A model generated the notes under the pieces. The model ran no database searches. It had not been told where the DNA came from and saw only the letters and a list, made by a program, of their open reading frames with translations. Source: Eledone cirrhosa (taxonomy: Eukaryota). Taken from it: a DNA stretch of 64,000 nucleotides. Location: the NCBI GenBank assembly GCA_964016885.1, contig CAXHJY010001517.1:18645-82644 (forward strand). The letters run 5' to 3'. A program made the position numbers and the translations under genes. This document shows, in pieces, positions 10,966-25,449 of the stretch. Numbering within the stretch: the first letter of the stretch is position 1; each line of letters opens with the position of its first letter.

Positions 10966-13781
10966 AGAAGGTTCAATGCATTTCTTTTCTAAGCTATTAA
11001 ACAGAAGACCAGGATTATTGTTAGGGGTTAGTCAATGAAATCAACCCCAATACTTAACTGATGCTTTTACTGACCTGGAAGGATGAAAGGTAAATTTGAC
11101 CTTGGTGGAATTTGAACCCAGAATGTAAAGAGCTGGAACAAATACCACAAGACTAACGATTCTGCAAATAATGCAAACATATCAGGAAGGCTTAATAGAA
11201 AGCTAAACATCAACAAATTTATCTCATGAATAGTTGTTGTTTAGCCATAGGTCAATATCCATCGTGTAAAGATTGGTTGGTTGGACATGTGTAGAAACAC
11301 ATGACCAACCAATCTTTTTATCAGGCAGTGCAGCTCAGTCTATACAATCTGTTGTGTTCTTTTCTTTAATAAAGAGTAGTTTGAGGGAGATTTAGCTGTT
11401 ATTTCTAGCATATTGAGCGACCACATGAAGGTGCTATCATTGGCTCATTGAATATAGTTTGAATGGTGCTGTAGTATTTATAAAACAAAGCTAAAGATGC
11501 AGTTTCTACCCATAAAAACCAAATATAGATTTCATATAGCAACAATATAAAAGAAAGCCGAGATACATAACATCAATAACAACTGGGAATAAAAGAAACA
11601 AGTTTGGACAAGTCATAAAAAACAATAAGGTGGAAAACTTTGCCTGAATTTCTGAAGTGTAGAATTATCATTATTATAAATCGATTTATTTCAACTACTG
11701 CTTATTTCCTTAATTCTTAACATCACATATTGATTAAGCAGAAAACATCTAAAAACGGGTTTTTTAATTCAAATGTTTATAGTATCTTTACTGGTGGATA
11801 GATCATTACAAAATTTGCAGTAAACAAAAGTAAAGACTTTAGTTTTTAATGTGATGCAGTCATAGTGCTGTTTTGTACTTTTCAAGACTGTCCATGTTGG
11901 TGTGGCTACATATGGTACATGACATTAAAAGTAAAAGAAATCAGCAGATCGGACAAAGGAAGCAATGTTTCCATTAGTCTTATCATTGCTGACACTATCG
12001 GTTACAACTCCCAATAAAAATGTGACTGCTTTTCCTGTGAAAGTAAGCAAGATTTGAGCTTAGAACACACAGTACCGGAACATAAAGCAATCCACCAGTC
12101 AACTCCCCACCCCTGGATTTGTACTTTATTGACCCTGAAAGGATGAAAGACAAAGTTGACTTTGGTAGGGCATGAACACGGAGAACCAGTACAATTACCA
12201 TGCTATTTAATCTGATGTGCTAACAACTGTCAATCTGTTGCTTAGGTTGAGAGCTCCTAAATTTATAATCTTCAACATCATCATTTGACATCCATTTAAT
12301 CGGAGCCAGCAATCTATTAGATGGGCCAGGACTTCATCTTGCTTATATACATTCCCATCATACTCTACAGAATGTGCTGTGCATTTTATATAGGCACCAA
12401 CACTAAGGGAGTTGTCATATGGTTGACACAACTGAAGAGTCTTCCAAAACCTTTGTTTGGCAAGTTTTCTATGGCTGGTGTCACCAACCACTATACAGAT
12501 AGCAATGAGTGTGTTTTATTGTCCCCAACACTAGAGAGATTGTTGTGCTTTTGACACAACGAAAGAGTTCTCTCAACCTTTTTTTGGCATGGTTTCTACA
12601 GTTTGATGCTCTTCTTAACACTAACCACTTTACATGGTGTACTGGATATGTTTTATTGTGGTACCAGCACTAGAGCAGTTGTCAGTCATTGATTCAACTG
12701 AAGAGCCCTCCAGAGGCCATGGAGGAGGGGATAGAATGGGAGCATATCATAGACAGAGTTCAATCTCTGGGTTAATGTATCAATATATATATATTCTAGT
12801 TTAAGTGAAACAAGCAAACAATGACAGAAACAATTAATAAAAGGATATTCTGGATAAGAACAATGGGATCAGAATAATCTACTCCCATGGTTTGAGAAAA
12901 GGGTGCAATTTTAAATTTCTAGAACATTACCATATATGACAGGAACCTGAGGAAGGATGGAAGGTAAAATGAATGAAATATTGTGATTGTGACAACTAGA
13001 GGAATAAATCAGTTTACAGAACAACTGGGGATATCATGACTATCATTATCATCATCATCTCTGTTTTACATTTATTTTCCATGCTTGTGTGGGTTACATT
13101 CTGAGGTTAAACAGGTCAGATGACTGCGTCTCACTCATACATTCCATTTTGGCATGGTTTCTATGTCTGGATGCCCTTCCTAATGCCAACAACTTCATGA
13201 CATATCCTGGGTGCATTTTATCATAGCCCCAGCACTACCACTTTACAGTGTTGGCCGTGTGCATTTTATCATGACACAAGTACTTTACAGAGTGGATGGT
13301 GTGTATTTTATTGTTACCCTAGCACTACCACTTTACAGTGTGGGCTGAATGCACTTCCATATTTTAACATTTGGCCACTTGTATCCTCAGCCATGCTGCG
13401 AGAGCAGTGATAGGGAGTGGGTTGGTAATGAGAGTATTGGCTACCAATTATTTGTCTAGTGGGGGAGGCCTATTAAGGGGCAATATTGCAGGGTACATGG
13501 TTGGATGAGGAGTTAGGAATTCAGGAATAAATTTGTGGGGAAGATAGGGGTAAGTGTTGGATCGTAGGGGTGGTCTTGTACATTGTCGATGTGTTTCAAT
13601 TAATTTTGAAAATTATCAAAAATTTGAACATTTTCGTTGTTAGGTTGGTTTGTGGAACACATTAACAAAAGGTTTTTACATAAAATTATGGTGAAAGATT
13701 TTGATTTAAATATAAGACATTTTTTATAATAAAACCAAGGATAGTCTTGAGTGGTTTGGTATCAAAAGAGTTAATACTTAC

Positions 13782-13861
13782 GCTTTGTCACCAGATCGAT
13801 TGACAATCACAAGGTATTTAGAGATCTTTTTACCATTATCAACAAGTCCAGCTCGAACACT
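13782..13861 (-). CDS. INPP5B: Coding exon of the INPP5B/OCRL-like gene (early PH domain)
   Basis: attacacag|AGT...AAAGC|gtaagt, 80 bp, phase 0-2. Translates SVRAGLVDNGKKISKYLVIVNRSGDK(A), recalling INPP5B AVQGVLCEGDSRQSRLLGLV...EHA. Confidence 0.72.
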
Positions 13862-14349
13862 CTGTGTAATTTGGATAAGGAAATTATTTGAAATTCTCAA
13901 CAGGTAAAAAAAGAAAACGAAAAAAAAAACAGTGGATATAATTTTTTTTTTTAAATCACTTCATGAGTATGATAAGGCAGAAAATTGGTAGAGTCATTAG
14001 AACATTGGATAGAATTCTTTGTGGTATTTGTTCCAGCTTTCTGAGTTCAGATCCTGCCAAGGTCAACTTTGCATTTCTTCCACTTGAGGTTGATTCTTCT
14101 TCTATATCTCATCTCACTTCCATTCTCTCACTCTGTATCCTTCTCTGGAAGATATCTGCTGTATTCAGACCTGAAAAGGTGATGGGCACTGCCAGGTTTA
14201 AAAAATGCCCTAGAAATGCTGTATGTTAATATGTATGAGTATGATCATTATAATGTTGAACTGACACACTAAATAAAGTACAACACAACAATAGCAAGTG
14301 TTTTAAGGCCAACTTTTCTGCTAAAGCAAGAGTTAGACTTGTAGGCATA

Positions 14350-15060
14350 TGATAATCTCCATTTTGCACTACTGGTGGCATCCTACCCTCACCAACTCCA
14401 TGATTTTCATTTCCTCCTGCATCATGATTAGTCATGTCTTTCTTGGTCTTCCCCTTCCTTTATTTTCTTCCATATTCATTTCCATCACTTCCTCTCACCC
14501 AATCACTTTCATCCTTCCTCAACACACAACCTAATCCTCTCATTCCAATCATCCTCTGCAAATCAGTGTTTGTTTTCTTGAGCAATACTCCACTCATCCT
14601 CTCAACCATTCTTTCCATCCTATTTTCCTGCTCTACATTCATCACCCATGTCTTTTTCCCATAAATCCCAGCACTTTTCACACATGCAGTATACACCTTT
14701 CATCTTAGTCTTAGTGACACTCCCCTCCTCATTAGCAGGATGAGTGAAAGTCATTAGAAAAAAATCTCAGAACTATACCAATAATCAAACAAAATAATAA
14801 TCACAATGTCAGACACCTCCCACTTGCTCCAAGGCTACACCCATTTTCCCCAAAGTGAGTTTTCCCACCCAAGTAGCATATACACTGTACCCCTCCTTCA
14901 TTTAGGCCAACAAGGCACATTCCACAATATGTCAGACACCATCCACTTGCTTCCAGATCACCTTCATAACCTGATACTTTCTCCTCCACAGTAGGATGTT
15001 TGTATCCTCTTCCCTCAGCAAGTACCATATAGCATGCCCCACTCTCATTTATACACCCAG
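14350..15060 (-). mobile_element. Highly decayed RTE LINE fragment
   Basis: Residual YTACVKSA.IYGKKTW and ggaagaccaagaaagacatg (GRPRKTW) on the minus strand, with many frameshifts. Confidence 0.6.
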
Positions 15061-16407
15061 CCCCAACAGTACCCCCCCCCCCCCATTCAGACTAAGGACA
15101 CTGAGCACCTGTATAATAATAGTTTAGGTAGTGATGAAAATGCTATGATGAAGATCCTCCAGTCCACCCTGTAAGGTAGTTGTGCTAGAGTCATGATAAA
15201 ATGTTCCCTGTACACACCGTTAAGTGGTTGGCATTAATAAGGACATCCAGTCATAGAAACCAAGTCAAAAGGGAGCAAGCAGGATGTGGTCACATAACTG
15301 ATATGGCCTTAGTATAAGGCAACTCATCTAACCCATACAGGAATGGAAAATAGATATTAAATGGTGATGATGAAATAAAATGATTAGAAAAAAATACAAT
15401 ATATATAAGTATAAGACCCATGCTAGTGTGAAAGTTAGACATTAAACGATGATGATGATGATGAAGAATTACATATATTATCAACTAAGTAATGGAAGTG
15501 GAAGGAACCTGGGAAAAAAGAAGACCAAGAAAGATATCAGAAGTGATGACAGCTGATCTCTAGAGGCTGAAACTCACAAAGGAGAGGATAAAGTGTCACA
15601 ATAGGTAGTGGTATACTGTGCTGAAGAAGATCTATCTATACAAGAATGGAAAAATGATGATGATGATGATGGCGGTGATGATTGAGAAAATATGGAAAAA
15701 TATTCATATAATGATATATTAGATATGAACAGATAAAAATCTCTCAAAGGAATTTAGGAATTAAAACTACATTGCCATATTGCTTTCTTGTATAAATAGA
15801 TTCATAAAAATGAAACAAAACAGGATGGATGAAGACACAAATAGAAATAAATAAGAAAAAGAACAGGGTGCTATAAATAATTTTCATATAACAACCAGGC
15901 AACTATTGTAAAATATTTGTAATTAGAGAATAAAAACAATGATGAATTGGAATTGTATATGGTAATAACAGAACATTATTTCATTTTAAAATAATTCAGA
16001 GAAATGTGGAAATAATTTAATATTTTGGGACTATTTTTCATCTTTCCTTTTTGTAATCTTTCTATGTTTTATACTACATTTTGATTGACCCAGTTGTCTT
16101 TAAGTACTTTACTTCTACATATATACATATCTCTTAGCTGGGTTGGAATTTGACCACCATAAGAAAGTATGAGGAAATAAATGTAACATGATTGATAATG
16201 GGACTGCAAAATGTTTATTAGCTTTTTAAAAACCTGTACTGCATAAAACTACAATAACAAAACATACTTAAAAATTACAAAACAGTATTATGACTGCACA
16301 ACATTAAAAACTCAAGTCTTTACAATAATTTTCATAAGGATGTTATGAGTTAAGAGCATTTGAATCCAGTGTTAAATGTTTATTCTATCATGGGATATCC
16401 TGTTTAA

Positions 16408-16620
16408 CCAGTTAGCATTTATTTAAACTGGCCAGAATTCTCTCACCTCTTTCTGTTCAAACCGACTGCAATGCTGCCCATACTGATGTTAAGGTATTGT
16501 TCTCAAAATAAATAATATCACAATTTCATAGATTCGATATTATGTGAGATAATTATGCAAGATAAAGCCTTTACTGCAGAATTACAATAGTAAATATAGA
16601 GTAATGTAAATGCTAAAGGG
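16408..16620. mobile_element. piggyBac-like MITE family A
   Basis: TTAA flanks, right TIR TAAATGCTAAAGGG, internal sequence matching the other copies. Confidence 0.8.
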
Positions 16621-17364
16621 TTAAATAAATCTAAGGGGGACAGGAAGACCCTGGTACTGATCTGCCTGAGAGTGCCCCTGGTTCTATGATACAAAACCTC
16701 ACATTTTAAACTTTTATTTAAATTAGAACATTCTATCATAATTTTGTACAGGAACCATTTATTATGTTCCAAATATCTTATATAAATAGTCAGTTGTTTT
16801 TCTAAATGTTTTCAAATTCGTTATCATTTAAAGGAAAAAAATAATTGCAATAGTGTATTTCACTAGACATGTGGTAATGAAAAGGTTAAAAAAGAGATAA
16901 GGAGAGAGAGAGATAGCAATCTCAAATTTTCTTTTCAAATAATCGTATCATTGTAGTACATTGTTAAGATATCTAAGGTCAAATATGTTCTCAGGTAGCT
17001 GACAAATATATCTTGGAAAGAAGAGATAAGAGATTATATAACTGAAACTATATTCAACAATGTGCATAGTCAAAGCCCAGATAATGTAATCCTACTGTAT
17101 AGTGCCCATACAAACCAAACTGTTGTTGCAAGATGTCCCTTTACCTCTAGCAGTCGTCTTCAACTGAATAATGAAGCTTTCATCGAATTGGTAACCATAT
17201 TAACTCTTACCATCCTATACCAAATGAAACTACATTAGCAAGATGTTCTTGAAAGGTACAAAACAGTGTTATGACAGTGTCGTTATTATTTTATGTGTCC
17301 CCTAATGCTTGCATTAAAAATTGTCTTTACTTTCATACAGCAACTTTGCCTAGGCAATATAATT

Positions 17365-18125
17365 AGCAATGGGGGGGAAATTGAGTGAAAGTGTGATAGC
17401 CAGGATCAGAACAAGCTGGAAGAAGTTTAGAGAGATAGAAAGAAATGAAATGAGTATGCTTCAATGGACGTGTAATGTTAAGCATAAGCAAACTGAAAGA
17501 AAATCTTGGCATAAGAGGAATTGGATCTAGTCTGCAAGAGAGAAGACTGTGTTGGTATGGGCATATGATACATATAAAAGATGACAGCTATATAAAGAAA
17601 TGCAGAGAAATCTCCATGAAAATTTGGGATGAGGCAGTGAAGACTGACCTTAAGCTGAACCTCACAATAGAGATGACATGCTATACTGGAGAAGACCTGC
17701 CTACCAGCATAAAATGTGACCTGACCGATCCCCAAGACCCCTCTTCACTAGTACTCCTTAGCTATTTTCATTATCACTACAGCCCCCTCTACAATTCTCA
17801 GTAGCTATCCTCACCATCACTGTATACCCCATTCATGCCCTCTTGACAATCACTCTATAGGTATTCTCACCATCACTGCCCAACTCCTAACATCCGGACA
17901 TACCAGCACTATCAGATATCACCCCCACTTCTACTCATTACCCAGTTAAATCCCACCACACTTATCATACACCCATAATATCACATTTATCTTCCTTTCT
18001 CTAATAGAGTAGAGAGGGTTCCTTAGTTGAGACAATGACCGACAACCTGGTGCTACGAAAATGCACCCAGTACATACTGTAAGGTACTTGGCATTAGGAA
18101 GGACACTGTAGAAACCTTGTCAACC
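17365..18125 (+). mobile_element. Decayed RTE LINE 3' fragment (PHD-RTE family relative)
   Basis: ARIRTSWKKFRE and LGIRGIGSSLQERRLCWYGHMIHIKDDSYIKKCR, followed by the 3'-UTR motif gcacccagtacatactgtaa...ggcattaggaagg. Confidence 0.75.
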
Positions 18126-18268
18126 TGAAGAAGCTAGGAGAGGTTACAAACTGAAACTGCCTGAGTTCGCAGTCAGACTTCTACCTCAATAATATAGCAA
18201 CTCTGCATCTCATCATACAACTAGTACTACTTTGATTTGAGGTTTTCCCAGTCTTTGTACTGCAAACA

Positions 18269-18310
<42 letters not shown>

Positions 18311-18987
18311 TCATTTTATGCCTGCTTTTCTTTGCTTGCAAGGGTGACTCACACACACACACACACACACATATTTGATTTCAATATTTCCAGTAGAGGT
18401 TGCTTTTGCTGCTATTGTTATATACTTGTTCTTCAGAGCTTATCACTTTATAACCTACATCCTGCTTTCCGCTTTCTGAACAGCTTTACAGTGGCACCTT
18501 GACAACTAGTACCTTCTGTAATCAATTCAATATCTTATTATCACTTGATTTATCCAGGAAATGAGATCTAAATTTAACTGGTCTTACCAATGTTGATAGC
18601 TGTTGACAAATATACAGATATTTCTAAGAATATTTACTCACCTAATCACCAACCTAGCTTCATATTTACCTCCAGCAATCTAACAATAGGACTAGACTTG
18701 TCAATGGATGCAGTTTTCACGCTGAGCATTCAATCGTTTGACTTGTGAATTAAAGGTTAAGTGGTTGAGTATTCCACAGCCATATGTATCCTTAATGTAA
18801 TTCCCAAGCTGAATCAGCATGACAATGTGTGACACGGCTGGACCTCTGAATGCAGGTACAGTCTGTATGATGGGCTTCCAAATAGTTGCCAAATACCGTT
18901 TTATTCACAAGTCGTTGCACCATGGAATTGAACCCGAGACCTCATGATTGCAAAGCAAACAATTTAACCACTCTGCCATACCTGCTT

Positions 18988-19852
18988 TGTTTCTCTTTGC
19001 CATAGCCATTGACTGGGTACTAAGAAGAGCGTCTAAAGACCAAGGTATATCTTGGGTGGGAGAGCAAAAGTTGTCTGACCTGGACTTTGCGGACGATATT
19101 GCTGCACTTGCAGAGAGCACAGCTGACCTGCAAATCATTGTGAACAATATCAATGTCGAAGCAGGAAGCTTAGGTCTCAATATCAGTGCCAAGAAGACCA
19201 AAACCATGTTATCTGGGACACACCCACCACCAACCAGTGTCTTCATTGAACAGGGGGAGGTGGAGATAGTGGATAACTTCACCTACCTAGGAAGCTCCAT
19301 TGACAATGGAGGCGCCATGGACAGTGAACTGCAATGTAGAATGGGAAAAGCTTCAGCAGCATTTAACCAGCTTGACAAGATCTGGAGGAGCAGGAAGTTC
19401 ACCCTCAAAACAAAGATGAGATTCTACAACATCAACGTGCTGTCCACACTCTTGTACGGAAGTGAAACATGGCACCTTAAGACCAGCCAAGAGAAGAAGT
19501 TGGACGCATTCGATTCCAGATGTCTGCAAAAGATCCTGGAGATTAAATGGAGTGACCATGTAACAAACCAGGAAGTCAGGAACCGCACCAACCAGCAGCT
19601 AGTCTCTTCTACCATCTGCAAGCGACGCCTGGGCTAGTTTGGACACGCTTTGAGACTTCCCCCGGAGAGACTGGCGAACCAAGTACTTAAATGAAGCCCG
19701 CAGGGAAGCAGATGGAGAGGGCGACCCAAAATGAACTGGCACCAGACAAACAGACAATGGCGGGACGCTGTGCAACTGGCTGCTGACCGAACGCGATGGA
19801 ACACTATGATTGCCTCATGCGTCGCAAGATGCGGGAGCTTCTGAGTCTGAGT
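18988..19852 (+). mobile_element. 5'-truncated RTE LINE (family lacking the PHD insert) with an 11-bp TSD, inserted into a tRNA-SINE head
   Basis: LSDLDFADDIA...GLNISAKKTK...FTYLGS...LLYGSETW, a ctgagtctgagt tail, and TSD catacctgctt at 18977-18987 and 19853-19863. Confidence 0.92.
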
Positions 19853-20222
19853 CATACCTGCTTCCACAAATACATCAATGTACAAATATACAGCGCACCC
19901 ACCTAAAATTTTGCATATATTTATAAATGCACACATCTATAAATGAACAAACACACATACAAATAAGTATAATCATATATGCTGAAAGGCAAATTCATTC
20001 AAGAAATATTTTGAAAGAAGTCTTAGTATCTTTTGATACCAAACTGCCTGGTTCTATAATAAAATGAAGCTTCTTTTTTTAAAGTGTTTGTATTTATCTA
20101 AAAAATTAACATCATAATTTTATTTAAGAACCATTAACTTAATAAGAAAGTTATGTTGGTAAATCCCTCCAATTATTGATTATTTTCAAAATAATTTGAA
20201 AGCCAGTGTATTTTATTAAATA

Positions 20223-20784
20223 CTAGCAGTGGTACCCGGCGTTGCACGGGATAAGGTATTGTGAAATATATAACCGCCTTAGCTAAGCTTAATATTGCCA
20301 CAACCACGGCTGGCAAAGAAGTAAGGGGCTGGTGGTACATAAGTAAGCAACATTGTGGCTTAAAACGTGAGGAAGAAGTTGCGCGCACTTACCAACTGTT
20401 TGGGGAATGAGTGTGAGATTTGTCTTGAGCAAGGGTAGCCGAATAACCGGAGGCAGCAGACAGCCAGACATACAGACATATTATAAGGGCGTGTTCTGGA
20501 CGCAGAGCGAATTGTAGGAAGTGACGTAATGCAGACAGCCAGACATGCAGACAGATATTATAAGGGCGTGACTGTTATATGTATCTATCTAAAAAGAGAA
20601 AGACTGAGAATTATAGAGAGAGATCACTAAATCGCCTAATGCGATCCCTAGGGCACTGAAAATTTGAGTTTTTTTTGCTCAGAACGCTCCCTGAAACATA
20701 AGTTGTAAAGTTTAAAAACAGTCGGTTGGGTGGTTCTCTAGTTTTAGAGATTCAAACTCACACACACACAGACAGATATATAGA
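20223..20784 (-). mobile_element. Non-autonomous Helitron inserted in a family B MITE
   Basis: Minus strand 5' TCTATATATC to 3' hairpin CCCGTGCAACGCCGGG plus CTAG. A|T target, no TSD. Confidence 0.8.
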
Positions 20785-20804
20785 TAAGGTAATGAAAGGG
20801 TTAA

Positions 20805-21370
20805 GATAATGGAGTTTCATGAGAGGGTCGTGGGGGCAGAGTGCTCAAACATGGCTTCGAGCGGGTCCTGTCATAAGCAACCATCTCTAATTGATCCGGC
20901 TGGATCCCTAAGTGAAACCAGCTGAGCTCATGGATATTATCCAAATATCTTGCTTGAGGTCTACTCCTTGGTCTCCTGCTAGTTGGTTTTGCCCATAAAA
21001 TCTGTCCAGCGATTCTTTCCCCGAGACATTCTGACCACATGCCCGAAATATGGGAACTGTGATCTCTCAATTTGGAGAAGTAGTGGCTGTACTTGGAGCA
21101 ACTCTGATTTTTGAGCTACACACTTTATCAAGTAACATTACTCCAAAGACCCTTCAGAGTAACCCCATTTCAGTTGCTTGTATTCACAATTGTATTCTTT
21201 TAATCATTACCCAAGATTCATGACCATAGGTAAGGGTTGGCACGAATAATGAATTGACGATAGCAAGTTTAGCTTTTACACCTACCTCCATTCTGATTAC
21301 AGAATACTGAAGCTGGCACATTACTGCATCACCCCTGCAATTCTTGCACTTAATTCAGCCTCCTGCTTGT
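20805..21370 (-). mobile_element. Decayed RTE-like LINE 3' fragment
   Basis: Minus-strand remnants LTYGHESW, QPLLLQIERSQ and RRPRSRPQAR, typical of the RTE C-terminus. Confidence 0.65.
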
Positions 21371-21706
21371 CATGTAATGTCTTATTAAAAATGCAACTTA
21401 ATATCAAAACAGTTTAAAACATCTCTTAAATGTCTATTATTTTACCTCAAGACAACATCAGCAATTCATAGATCAAGATTCTTCTTATATTAGAAGAACC
21501 AGCAAGCGATTTAAGGACATTTTCCCTGCTAAAGAGGTCCTGTGGGTTCCATGACTGTGGGTTCCTTTATATTGATCATCAGGGTTATTTATAGACAATG
21601 TTTTATAGCTGAACACCCTTCCTGGTGTCAACCCTTTTAGTCACCCCTTCTGACATGCTGGGGTACATGATACCCATTCTAAACAGGATACGCAGAGGCT
21701 TCTTAA

Positions 21707-21927
21707 CCCTGTAGCATTTACCTTACTCTACATAAATTACTGTATTTTCACGATAAAGGCTTTATCACACATAATTATCTCACATAATATCAAATCTATG
21801 ATATTTTGATGCTATTTATTTTGAGAACAATACCATAACATCAGTATGAGCAGCCACTTACAGCCGGTTTGAACAGAAGGAGATGATAGAATTCTGACCA
21901 GATATGGCCAGTTTAAATGCTAAAGGG
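21707..21927. mobile_element. piggyBac-like MITE family A (intact, ~220 bp)
   Basis: TTAA-CCCTGTAGCATTTA...TAAATGCTAAAGGG-TTAA. Confidence 0.85.
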
Positions 21928-23580
21928 TTAAATCAAGGGTTTTCAAATTTCACGATGATGTAATGTTTTGTCATAAGATCATTACTCACACCGCCACCAA
22001 CATCACTACCGAAAAACATCAATATCACCACTACTACCCCCAACCACCTCCACTACAGACACCACCACTATCACTACCCCACCCCCACTACCAGTACCCT
22101 GATCACTATTAGCACCACCAGTAGACACCACTACCATCACTGACACCACTACTAGTTTTTCTTCTACACACAGTGCACGTATGTATTCCAACTCTGAATA
22201 CCCTCTTTTCAAGTACTATGTAACAACACTTCATTATTTCAGACACCACCTTGACAAACATCTATGATACTGGCTGTTGCAGTCTACTAACACTCCTAAA
22301 CATTTAATTTTATTTTCATTATTTGTTACCACCCACATATCGAAATACTTTACTATCTAGTAACTTTTCCTCACTAGTCTTTCACCCAGCCCTCACATAC
22401 CAATGTGCTGGTTTTTATTAACTTTAACCCAAATATTATTACAGGAGCTACATACTCCTTCAATTACTTTCAAGCTCCAATAATTACAAGATAATTGTTC
22501 AACACTTGAGAAAATGAAACAATTGCAGAGATACTAGGCTAATTAGATGATATATTTGTACTGATTTGTAATTCCTGATGGAGTCATTGGGGTGCTGTAG
22601 TGATATATGGCGTGTCTTCAGCATTTTAAACCATACAGAGCCCATTTCCTCCCCAGTTGTAAACACAGCTAATTTCTTCCAAAGAAGAATAAAACATGAG
22701 AAAGGAATTGAGAAAGAAATATAGAGGAAGAATCAATTCCACTACTGGACTGGTACTTTATATATCAATTTTGAAGATCGAGTACATAACTGATGAGGTA
22801 TTTAAGACTAAGTTGACAACCCTTTTGATACCAAACTGCCTGAAACTACCCAATTCTACAATATGAAGCTGTTTAAAATGTTTATCTCCCCCCCCCCCCC
22901 AATCATAATGTTTTAAAATAACCTTTAAATAATACTCTAAACACCAGTTTAATAATGAGAGTATTAATTATGTTACTAAATCCCTCCAAATTCCTGATTA
23001 GGTTCAACATTATTTGAAAATCATAGGCAGTGTCTTTCATTAGAAATATGGTAATGAAAGAGTTTCCATCTTTTTGAGTGATGAATGAAAACATAGTAGA
23101 AATTCCAATACATATCTGTATACAACTATGCCTGAAGCTAAATTGTAATTCTAAAATAATATATACTTGCATCCAGAGAACTGGAAATCAAAAGTAACTT
23201 ATTTATTCATCTAGTAAATCAAATATGCAGTCAGTTCTAGTGTGCTCACATTTTCCTTATTCCAAACGGCATATCCCTCACATTACTCAACAATTCCAAA
23301 GAAAACACATTCATTGCATTTCTGTTCAATTTATATGCAAATATAATCTTTACTTGTATAGTCACAAATATTACAGATATCATCATATTCTCACACTTAA
23401 GTCTGAAACTTTTATCAAACTATAACACATACCAGATGAAGATTGGATATGAACTAATTACAAAGGGAAGTAATTAACACTTTTATGGCTGTATTTCTAA
23501 AGAAACACACTGTATTATAATTAATTAATTAATGAAGACATTTGTGGGTTTTACTAAAATTATTGTTTCATTATTAAGAG

Positions 23581-23985
23581 GGTGGTGGATTGACAGTATC
23601 CATAGAACATCAGATATGCTTTTCGGCGTAGAGTTACGGCCCTTTATGTTCTGAGTTAAAATTCTGCCAAGGTTAGCTTTGCCTTTCATTCTTACGGGGT
23701 CAACAAAATAAAGCACCAGTAATGCACTAGGGTTGATTTAATGGACTTTCCCCCCTCCCCTCAAATTGTTGGCCTTGTGCCTAAATCAGAAATCGTTATT
23801 AAGATGGCAGTATCGGTAGAGGGTCGGACGCCATGCTTTGCAGCATAGAGTTACGGCCCTTTATGGTCTGAGTTCAAATCCCGCCGAGGTTAACTTTGCC
23901 TTTCATCCTTACGGGGTCGATAAAATAAAGTACCAGTAATACACTGGGTTAATTGCTGGCCTTGTGCCTAAAGTAGAAACAATTA
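23581..23985 (+). mobile_element. Two tandem tRNA-derived MetaSINE-like elements
   Basis: A-box TGGCAGTATCGG, B-box GAGTTCAAATCC, central gcctttcatccttacggggtcgataaaataaagtaccag, tail ccttgtgcctaaagtagaaac. Confidence 0.8.
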
Positions 23986-24926
23986 TTAAGATGGTATATA
24001 TAACATAAAAAATTATGTTGAAATGTTTTAATTTAAAATGGTTGGCTTTGTTTCATAAAAAGAAAGCTGGTTTGCAGTGGATTGCTATCAAAAGGGTTAA
24101 GGATATGGTATATGAAAAATTATAAATAGTCCCCAACTGACAAACTGAATAATACTGAATAAAATTGAATAATACTGAATAAAACTGAATAATACTGTCT
24201 AGGACATGTCAGAATGAAAAAAATATCTATATATTGATTGTAAGGTAAATGAGTTCACACAAAGTTTTAATGGAAAGGTGTAGTTGATTGAATTAACCAT
24301 AATACATGTCTGGAAAGACAAAAGAGCACAGTTAGGGTAGGTATATTACAGGACTTTAGTCTAACATGATTTAGCTTCTTTTTTTTTTTTTTTTTTGGCC
24401 AAACCCTGTCCTTTGATAATAAGGATAGTGATGCTGTAGAGAAACAATATAGTGAGAAAATGCATTCTGCATACTCTGTAAAGTAGTAGTGTTTGTGCCA
24501 TGATAAAAAAATCTCCCAATGTCCTCTGTAAGGTGGTAGAACTTGCAGCATGATAAAAAGCACCCAGTAGACTCTGTAAAGTCATAGATATTAGGAAGGG
24601 TATCTAGCCTTAGAAACCATGCCAAAATATGGAACATATGAACTAGAAGTGTTTCTCTGAACTATCTAGTCTAAGATTGTGATGAACCATCCAACCCATG
24701 ACAGCATGGAAAACACATAAAATGATGGTGATAAGGACCAATACATCGACAACAATTTGAAATTCAGTCATTGGAGTGTCACTCGATAACAATGGTAATG
24801 AAGTCTTGATCGTTACCAAAGATGTTGATATGAATAGTAAATTGTGCAATTAATAAGATTTCTTTACTTAGGTGTCTGCCTTCATTAAACATCTATTAAT
24901 CATTTGGTCAGTTTATATATATATAT

Positions 24927-25097
24927 AATTATTTCTGCTTTTTGGCCACAAGGCCAGCAATTACCCAATTACCTGGTACTTTATTTTATCGACCCCATAA
25001 GGATGAAAGGCAAAGTTAACCTCGGCGGGATTTGAACTCAGATCATAAAGGGACGTAACTCTATGCTTCAAAGCATGGTGTCCGACTCTCTACCGAT
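24927..25097 (-). mobile_element. MetaSINE-like element (a further truncated copy lies at 27053-27166)
   Basis: Reverse complement of the 23804-23985 element. Confidence 0.8.
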
Positions 25098-25449
25098 TAT
25101 ATATATAATGTTACTATGAGAGGCTGATGAATATAGAGAATAAATGGGAGGAAGAGAGACTATCTCCAACTTACTCAACAGAAAGACTAGCTACTAAAAT
25201 TGACAGTTATAGAGTCAAAGAAGCAATCAAGGAAATGAAGATGTTCCCACAGGAACATCAGAGATATTTATTAGGTGTACAGAGGTAATTGATGGGAAGA
25301 GTACCAATGATATAAACCTTTTCCAATCACATGAATGATCCATAGAAATGGTTGATAGCTTCTTAAGGCTTAGACAGACACTCACATAAAAAGATCCATA
25401 TATAGATATTCATATTTACAAACACAATCTTATTCATTCACACACACAT

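Noticed and set aside
18701-18892. ORF ending ...RENCIH as the first INPP5B exon
   Set aside because: It is followed by a stop with no donor site, and the surrounding sequence looks like decayed CR1/L2 RT.
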